DNA of 64,000 nucleotides from Bacteroidia bacterium (lineage in GTDB: Bacteria; Bacteroidota; Bacteroidia; Bacteroidales; VadinHA17): assembly GCA_041480425.1 (NCBI GenBank), contig JBGOZX010000006.1, positions 178 to 64,177 on the forward strand, given 5' to 3'. Numbering within the stretch: position 1 is the first letter of the stretch; every line of letters starts with the position of its first letter. Under the pieces are notes generated by a model. It was not told the origin of the DNA. It saw only the letters and a program-made list of their open reading frames with translations, and searched no databases. The position numbers and the translations under genes are program-made. Positions 58,588-64,000 of this stretch are shown piece after piece.

Positions 58588-60249
58588 ATGCTAAAATCAA
58601 ACAGGATACCAATTACTGTAGGTGTCGTCGGTCATCTTGATGTAATAACTACTGAAGAACACAGATTACAAATCGAAAGATTGTTTATTGATTTAGCAAC
58701 AGAATACCCTAATTCTCCGATCTATTTGTTTTCATCAATTGCAGAGGGTGCCGACAGATATGTTGCAAATATTTTCCTGGATCTGAAGAGGAAGAATGAA
58801 GATTACAGGGAAAGATTCGAACTGATTGTTCCGATGCCATTTGAAATAAAAGAGTATAAAAATGACTTTAGCGACGCATCTGATAGAGAGTTTGATGAAT
58901 TGCTGAAACAGGCAAAAAGAAGTTTCTGCATCGGGTATGACGGTAAAGTAATTGACAGGCCTCAGCAATATTTAAAAACCGGAAAACTTGTGGCAGACAG
59001 TTCCTTAATATTGATTGCCCTCTGGGATGGAGAAGCAGGGAAAACAGGAGGAACCGGCGATATAGTAAAACATAAAATTACTGGTGATGATGATACTGTT
59101 GCCGAAAGCACATTTGAGTATGACGGAACTGTTTTTATTTTACCCAGTAAAAGGAGCAAATCATCATTTCAGGTTTCCGGCAATCTTATGAAGGAGGATG
59201 CATTATCACTTGATCGGATTTTAAAAGATTCTGTATTAAGAGATGCCCTTGAAAAAATAGAGGAAATCAATTCAGATTCATTAATCATTAAGCAACCGGA
59301 ATTTGAAAAATCACAATCTTACTTATTCAATAATCCTGAAAAACTCAATGCTCCTCAGAAATCGATTTTAAGCTGGTATTCAATAATGGATTTATTATCT
59401 CAGCAATTCCGGAAAAGAGATATTCTTATAACTATCTGGCTATTTGTTCTGGGTTTATTTTTAATCCTGACTCTGGAGATTTACTCCAATTTGTGGATGA
59501 ACAGACTGGTTTTAGGAGCTGCCATGCTTCTTATCGGAGTTGCAACCCTGGTTTATTTCTATTCCGGATCCACAAAAAATCATAAAAAATACTTATACAA
59601 CAGGACATTGGCAGAAGCTTTAAGGATCCAGTTTTACTGGAACATTGCAGGAATAGAAAAAAATGTTTCTGATTATATCTTAAGAATACACAGGAAAGAA
59701 TTCACCTGGGTAAAGCATATTCTTTCAGCCATTTATGGGATTACATACCATAACAAATCTATATCCTCTGAAACAATAAATGATTTGACTGATAACTGGG
59801 TAAAAAACCAGGCAGATTTTTTTGAGTCATCTATCAAAAAGATGACAAAGCGAATAGGCTTCTACTATAAAGTATCAAACATATCATTTGTTATAGCATT
59901 TGTTCTTCTTATTTCAATTTTCTTTTTTGGGAAATTCTATGAAACGAATAACTACCAAAGCTATCTGCTGGTGATTATCGGAATTTTTCTTAGCCTGTTT
60001 GCACTGATTAAGGCATATATTCAGATGAAAGGGTATGAGCCTTTGGTGAATCAGTATGAACTGATGCATGTTATTTACCAGAGGGCCGAAGCAAAGATTA
60101 TTGAAATTAACAATCTACAGATGGAAACTAATAAGAGACAGTCTTATCTTGAAGAACTTTTCTTTGTCATTGGAAAAGAAGCCCTTATTGAAAACGGTAA
60201 CTGGTATCTGATCTTTAAAGAAAAAGAACCTGAGATTGAGGGTATTTAA
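58588..60249 (+). CDS. SLOG (YspA-like) domain fused to two SLATT-like 2-TM domains
   Basis: VGVVGH, SSIAEGAD, LIVPMPF and LIALWDG..GKTGGTGDIV (SLOG Rossmannoid motifs). Then a TM pair followed by YLYNRTLAEALR, and WVKNQADFF + TM pair + terminal ENGNW (SLATT/DUF4231-type). Confidence 0.75.
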   Translation: MLKSNRIPITVGVVGHLDVITTEEHRLQIERLFIDLATEYPNSPIYLFSSIAEGADRYVANIFLDLKRKNEDYRERFELIVPMPFEIKEYKNDFSDASDREFDELLKQAKRSFCIGYDGKVIDRPQQYLKTGKLVADSSLILIALWDGEAGKTGGTGDIVKHKITGDDDTVAESTFEYDGTVFILPSKRSKSSFQVSGNLMKEDALSLDRILKDSVLRDALEKIEEINSDSLIIKQPEFEKSQSYLFNNPEKLNAPQKSILSWYSIMDLLSQQFRKRDILITIWLFVLGLFLILTLEIYSNLWMNRLVLGAAMLLIGVATLVYFYSGSTKNHKKYLYNRTLAEALRIQFYWNIAGIEKNVSDYILRIHRKEFTWVKHILSAIYGITYHNKSISSETINDLTDNWVKNQADFFESSIKKMTKRIGFYYKVSNISFVIAFVLLISIFFFGKFYETNNYQSYLLVIIGIFLSLFALIKAYIQMKGYEPLVNQYELMHVIYQRAEAKIIEINNLQMETNKRQSYLEELFFVIGKEALIENGNWYLIFKEKEPEIEGI

Positions 60250-60278
60250 TAGCTGTTTAAGAGGTGTTAAATATATTT

Positions 60279-60310
60279 TTGCTTTTAGTTCAACTAAGGT
60301 TTAATTTTGA
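60279..60310 (+). promoter_or_regulatory. Shared promoter motif, copy 2
   Basis: TTGCTTTTAgttcAACtaaGGtTTAAtTTTGA, 51 nt before ATG 60361. Confidence 0.65.
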
Positions 60311-60360
60311 TAAAGAAGTAATTAGAACTCCGAAGATCGTTTTGAAATAATCTTTACCCG

Positions 60361-60519
60361 ATGGCAAGCATATTAGAAGGCTACACTTACGACATCTTCA
60401 TCAGCTACCGTCAGAAAGACAATAAATATGACGGCTGGGTAACGGAGTTTGTTGACAATCTGTGCAAAGATCCGCGTTTTCAGGATCTTTGCCGAAGAAT
60501 GAACCTCCCCTTTAAATAG
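60361..60519 (+). pseudogene. 52-codon TIR-TPR receptor remnant (N- and C-termini fused in frame)
   Basis: MASILEGYTYDIFISYRQKDNKYDGWVTEFVDNL|CKDPRFQDLCRRMNLPFK*. The first 34 aa match the start, and the last ~16 aa match the end (DPRFKDIVNRLNLP), of 60672-62864. Confidence 0.88.
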
Positions 60520-60587
60520 ATTATAATCTTGTATAAAATTCCTTCTTTCCTGCATGAAATAAGGAATTTGGTAAGCGGGAAATAAAA

Positions 60588-60619
60588 TTGCTTTTAATAT
60601 AACTAAGGTTTAATTTTGA
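60588..60619 (+). promoter_or_regulatory. Shared promoter motif, copy 3
   Basis: TTGCTTTTAatatAACtaaGGtTTAAtTTTGA, 53 nt before ATG 60672. Confidence 0.65.
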
Positions 60620-60671
60620 CATAGATTTATTAAACAGCTCAAAAGAAATGTAATATAATAATCTTTAACCA

Positions 60672-62864
60672 ATGGCAAGCATTATATCGGGTTACGAGTA
60701 CGACATCTTCATTAGCTACCGTCAGAAAGACAACAAATATGACGGCTGGGTAACGGAGTTTGTTGACAATCTGAAAAAAGAGTTGGAGGCTACTTTCAAG
60801 GAAGATGTCTCTATTTACTTCGATGAAAATCCACATGATGGAATTTTGGAAACACACAACGTTGATAAAAGTCTCGAGAGTAAACTTAAATCACTTGTCT
60901 TTATTCCAGTCATTTCCCAGACATACTGCGATCCAAAAAGCTTTGCCTGGCAAAATGAATTTGTTGCTTTTAACAAAATGGCCGGCGAAGATCAGTTTGG
61001 AAGAGACATAAAACTTACCAGTGGAAACGTCGCCAGCAGGATTATCCCGATAAAGATTCATGATATCGATGCATCGGACAATGAGTTACTTGTGAATGAA
61101 TTAGGGGGAAGGCTCAGGTCAATTGAATTTATTTACAAGAGTGCCGGGGTTAACAGACCATTAAAACCAACTGATAATCCTGATAAGAACCTAAATAAAA
61201 CTTTTTATCGTGATCAGATAAATAAAGTAGCAAACGCTATCAAGGAAATAATCTATTGCCTTAACCCGGATTCGAAAAAATTGATCTCAAAAGCACATCA
61301 TGCTAAAGACCTTACAGATTACACTGTAGATCAGTCCAAATCAGTTATTGAAAAGCTAGCTCCCGGCAAGCTAGTATCCAGGACAGCTATCCTATTAGTC
61401 TCATTTGGTATCCTGATAGTATTGGCTCTGGTGTTTTTCTATCCAAAGTTGATTCAAAAAGCAAAAACTGAAATATCAGCAACTGAATTAATAAAGAAAG
61501 CAATTGCTGTTTTACCTGTTTCCAACAATACCGGCAATCCTGAACTGGAATACATTGCTGCAGGAATTCAGGATGCAATAATTAGTCATCTGTGGGAGAT
61601 CAGTAGTCTGGTGGTAAAGTCCACCTATTCAACATCACAGTTCAGGAATAGTAAGGAGTCCATTCAGGAAATCGCTAAAAAACTAAGTGCCAATAATATA
61701 GTTGAATCATCTATAGTTGGATCGGGAGACAGCCTTATGATTAATGTGCGACTAATTGAGGCATTTCCGGTAGAAAAGTATATCTGGAGCTCAACATTTA
61801 ATCAAAACAGGAATAATATCACGACTATTTACCGCGAAATAACCCGTCGTATTACCGATGGTATCCAGATCAAGCTTACACCTCAGGAAGAGAAAAAGCT
61901 TACCAGTACCAGATCTGATAATCAGGATTTTATTAACGCCTATAACAAAGGAAAGTTTTGGATGAATCAGGTAACCCCAACCCCGGAAGGATTTGAAAAG
62001 GGACTTAAATATCTTAATGAGGCAATAGCTATAGATCCTACCGATCCGAGGCCTTATCTTGGACTGGCGCTTGGGTATAGCAATGCCGGTCATGTTTCAC
62101 CTGCTGCCGCTGATGCTTCTAATCGCGCAAAAGCATATGCCCTCAAAGCCATGGAACTTGATTCAACACTGGCGGAAGCATATACGGTTCTGGCGGCCAG
62201 GTACCTTTATACTGAATGGAACTTTCCTGCTGCTGAGCGTGCTTTAAAACGTTCCCTGGCTCTAAACCAGAATTTATCTTCAATCCATTATACCTATGCA
62301 TGGTTTCTTACTTTGACCAGGAAAAATGATGAGGCAGTAGCAGAAATGAAAAAGGCAGTTGAAGTTGATCCATTGAATCCTTATTGCACAAGCTACCTTG
62401 CATGGTTATATTCTTTTATCGGACGAAATGAGGAAGCAATAGCAGAGGCACGCAAGACACTTGACCTGGATCCCAATTATACCACTGCATTTTATGTAAT
62501 GGGATCCGCCTATTCAGAAATGGGTATGCATTATGAGGCAATTGAAATGCAAAAGAAAGGATTGGCAATCAGTCCAGGTTATGAAAGTGGCCTGGGTGTT
62601 GCCTATGCCCGTGCCGGCCAGAGAGAAAAAGCGCTGGAAGTTGCTGCCGGGATGGAAAAAAACCTTAATAGTTGGTATGCCTGGGGTCTTGCCGAAGTTT
62701 ATGCCACTTTGGGAGATAAGGATAAAGCCATCTACTACCTGGAATATGCTTACAAACAACATCAGGATTTTGTACCATGGATGAGATATGATATTTATTT
62801 CAAACCGTTGTACGATGATCCCCGGTTTAAGGATATTGTTAACCGGCTGAATCTGCCTGATTAA
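60672..62864 (+). CDS. TIR - TM - TolB-like - TPR membrane receptor
   Basis: TIR box-1 YDIFISYR, FIPVISQTY and SFAWQNE (putative catalytic E96); one TM (AILLVSFGILIVLALVFFY); IAVLPVSN domain; multiple TPRs; terminal DPRF. Confidence 0.85.
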   Translation: MASIISGYEYDIFISYRQKDNKYDGWVTEFVDNLKKELEATFKEDVSIYFDENPHDGILETHNVDKSLESKLKSLVFIPVISQTYCDPKSFAWQNEFVAFNKMAGEDQFGRDIKLTSGNVASRIIPIKIHDIDASDNELLVNELGGRLRSIEFIYKSAGVNRPLKPTDNPDKNLNKTFYRDQINKVANAIKEIIYCLNPDSKKLISKAHHAKDLTDYTVDQSKSVIEKLAPGKLVSRTAILLVSFGILIVLALVFFYPKLIQKAKTEISATELIKKAIAVLPVSNNTGNPELEYIAAGIQDAIISHLWEISSLVVKSTYSTSQFRNSKESIQEIAKKLSANNIVESSIVGSGDSLMINVRLIEAFPVEKYIWSSTFNQNRNNITTIYREITRRITDGIQIKLTPQEEKKLTSTRSDNQDFINAYNKGKFWMNQVTPTPEGFEKGLKYLNEAIAIDPTDPRPYLGLALGYSNAGHVSPAAADASNRAKAYALKAMELDSTLAEAYTVLAARYLYTEWNFPAAERALKRSLALNQNLSSIHYTYAWFLTLTRKNDEAVAEMKKAVEVDPLNPYCTSYLAWLYSFIGRNEEAIAEARKTLDLDPNYTTAFYVMGSAYSEMGMHYEAIEMQKKGLAISPGYESGLGVAYARAGQREKALEVAAGMEKNLNSWYAWGLAEVYATLGDKDKAIYYLEYAYKQHQDFVPWMRYDIYFKPLYDDPRFKDIVNRLNLPD

Positions 62865-62899
62865 TAGATTTTATTGATTACTTTTTACCCGTCATTCCC

Positions 62900-63568
62900 T
62901 TGGTAATGCCTTTCCAAAAAGCTAAATTTGTTAAAAGCTATTTTATGGCATTACAGGTGGAAGATCTTGAAGATCAGACAAGATACAGGCAAATACTTGC
63001 AATTCCTTACAGCGAACTGGTAACTTTTGTGCTCGATTATATCAGAAGAAAATCGGGATTAATGGCCTTTTTCTGGTCGATATGTATTGTTTTTCTGGGA
63101 ATTGCTATTACTGTAAGATTAAATATCGGTGGTTATTTCCCGACAAAAAGCTTACTTTTTCATTCATTGTTAGGCTTGGTCGTCTTTCCGGTTCTGTACA
63201 TACCTTTTCATGAATCATTGCACGTAATTCCTTATTATTTTTCAGGAGCTAAAAGGATAAGAATTGGTATGGATCTTAAACAATATTTGTTCTATGTTAC
63301 AGCACACAGGCATGTTGCCACTTCATCTCAGTTCAGGGTTGTAGCTATAATCCCATTCCTGATAACAAGCCTTGTCCTTCTTTTCCTTATTTTCAATCTT
63401 CCCGGTATATGGAAATGGAGTTTGTCGCTCTTTCTGTTTGTTCATACTACAATGTGCGCCGGTGATTTTGCCATACTAAATTATTACTGGCTGAATAAGA
63501 AAAAAAAGATTTTCACCTGGGATGATGCTGATCAGAAAATAGCTTATTTTTATGAAGAGTTAATGTAA
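62900..63568 (+). CDS. DUF3267-like membrane zincin metalloprotease
   Basis: HESLH (HExxH) after TM helices; H...CAGD motif. Start probably at MALQVED. Confidence 0.7.
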   Translation: MVMPFQKAKFVKSYFMALQVEDLEDQTRYRQILAIPYSELVTFVLDYIRRKSGLMAFFWSICIVFLGIAITVRLNIGGYFPTKSLLFHSLLGLVVFPVLYIPFHESLHVIPYYFSGAKRIRIGMDLKQYLFYVTAHRHVATSSQFRVVAIIPFLITSLVLLFLIFNLPGIWKWSLSLFLFVHTTMCAGDFAILNYYWLNKKKKIFTWDDADQKIAYFYEELM

Positions 63569-63627
63569 AAGACAAAAGATAAAAGGAAAAAGACAAAAGT
63601 TGAAAAAGTTGAAGCGTTGAAAAGTCT
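63567..63627 (+). repeat. Degenerate AAAAGnn heptamer array
   Basis: AAAAGAC AAAAGAT AAAAGGA AAAAGAC AAAAGTT followed by GTTGAA-containing units. Confidence 0.5.
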
Positions 63628-63729
63628 TATTAAAAATCTCCTCCTGGGAGCCAGACTGCAGGGCATGGGGTGGGTTTGGATTAAAACTAAAATCATAAGT
63701 AAAAAGCTAAAACTAAACAATAACCAGGT

Positions 63730-64000
63730 ATGAAAAGACTGATATTCATTGTTTTACTCCTTATATCACTTACTTCGTTTGTAAATGGGCAAAGGAAAAT
63801 TGTTCATTTACCGGATCTTCCGGGATATGTTACCCTGAAATGCGATTTTCATATGCACACTGTTTTTTCTGATGGTAGTGTTTGGCCTACGGTCAGGGTT
63901 GATGAAGCTCTACGCGATGGGCTGGATGCCATTGCGATCACCGATCATCTTGAATATACGCCCAAAGAGGATTATATTCCCGTCGACTTCAATGCAGCAT
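63730..64000 (+). CDS. Exported PHP-domain phosphoesterase (partial; runs off the window)
   Basis: MKRLIFIVLLLISLTSFVNGQ signal, then CDFHMHTVFSDG and LDAIAITDHLEY. Confidence 0.88.
   Translation, partial: MKRLIFIVLLLISLTSFVNGQRKIVHLPDLPGYVTLKCDFHMHTVFSDGSVWPTVRVDEALRDGLDAIAITDHLEYTPKEDYIPVDFNAA

Noticed and set aside
60361-60773. Diversity-generating retroelement TR/VR pair
   Set aside because: Differences in the shared block are C/T synonymous changes rather than adenine-specific, the repeat is at the 5' end, and no reverse transcriptase is in the window.
60373-60857. Two similar minus-strand ORFs (60 and 72 aa)
   Set aside because: Their similarity only mirrors the duplicated TIR 5' end on the plus strand.
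1-64000. CRISPR array, tRNA/rRNA, IS transposase, prophage
   Set aside because: No regularly spaced 25-45-nt repeats, cloverleafs, transposase, integrase or phage structural motifs recognised by eye; dedicated scans would be needed to exclude them fully.

Overview
Chromosomal window from a Bacteroidota bacterium, most likely an anaerobic Bacteroidales-like organism. This is inferred from gldB, a T9SS C-terminal-domain protein, a MurF-Alr fusion, TAnnTTTG promoters and the PASTA-rluD-ddl gene order. Most of it is housekeeping: nadE, tdk, rsmI, dnaB, ispE, a carboxyltransferase/BCCP pair, lptG, tgt, rsmG, rpmH, mqnE, rluD, lemA, ddl, gcvP, pcm and thpR. Three blocks stand out. (1) 3.7-11.3 kb: a complete hdrCBA-flxDCBA electron-bifurcation cluster led by a dihydroorotate-dehydrogenase-like flavoprotein that lacks the catalytic Cys. 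(2) 11.4-17.8 kb: a decaying chromate-resistance-type island (chrA, DUF1259, a YVTN-propeller remnant, DUF1080) between two DUF5916 genes. (3) 54.7-62.9 kb, the best candidate for an undescribed system: a SLOG + two-SLATT membrane protein next to a TIR-TM-TolB-like-TPR receptor and a 52-codon internally deleted copy of such a receptor. All three genes share a 32-nt promoter motif, and an AraC protein with the same sensor module lies just upstream. Several genes have lost their middles but kept both ends, and at least four families of small palindromic intergenic elements are present. No tRNA, rRNA, CRISPR array, transposase or reverse transcriptase was recognised. All calls come from reading motifs by eye; no searches were run.
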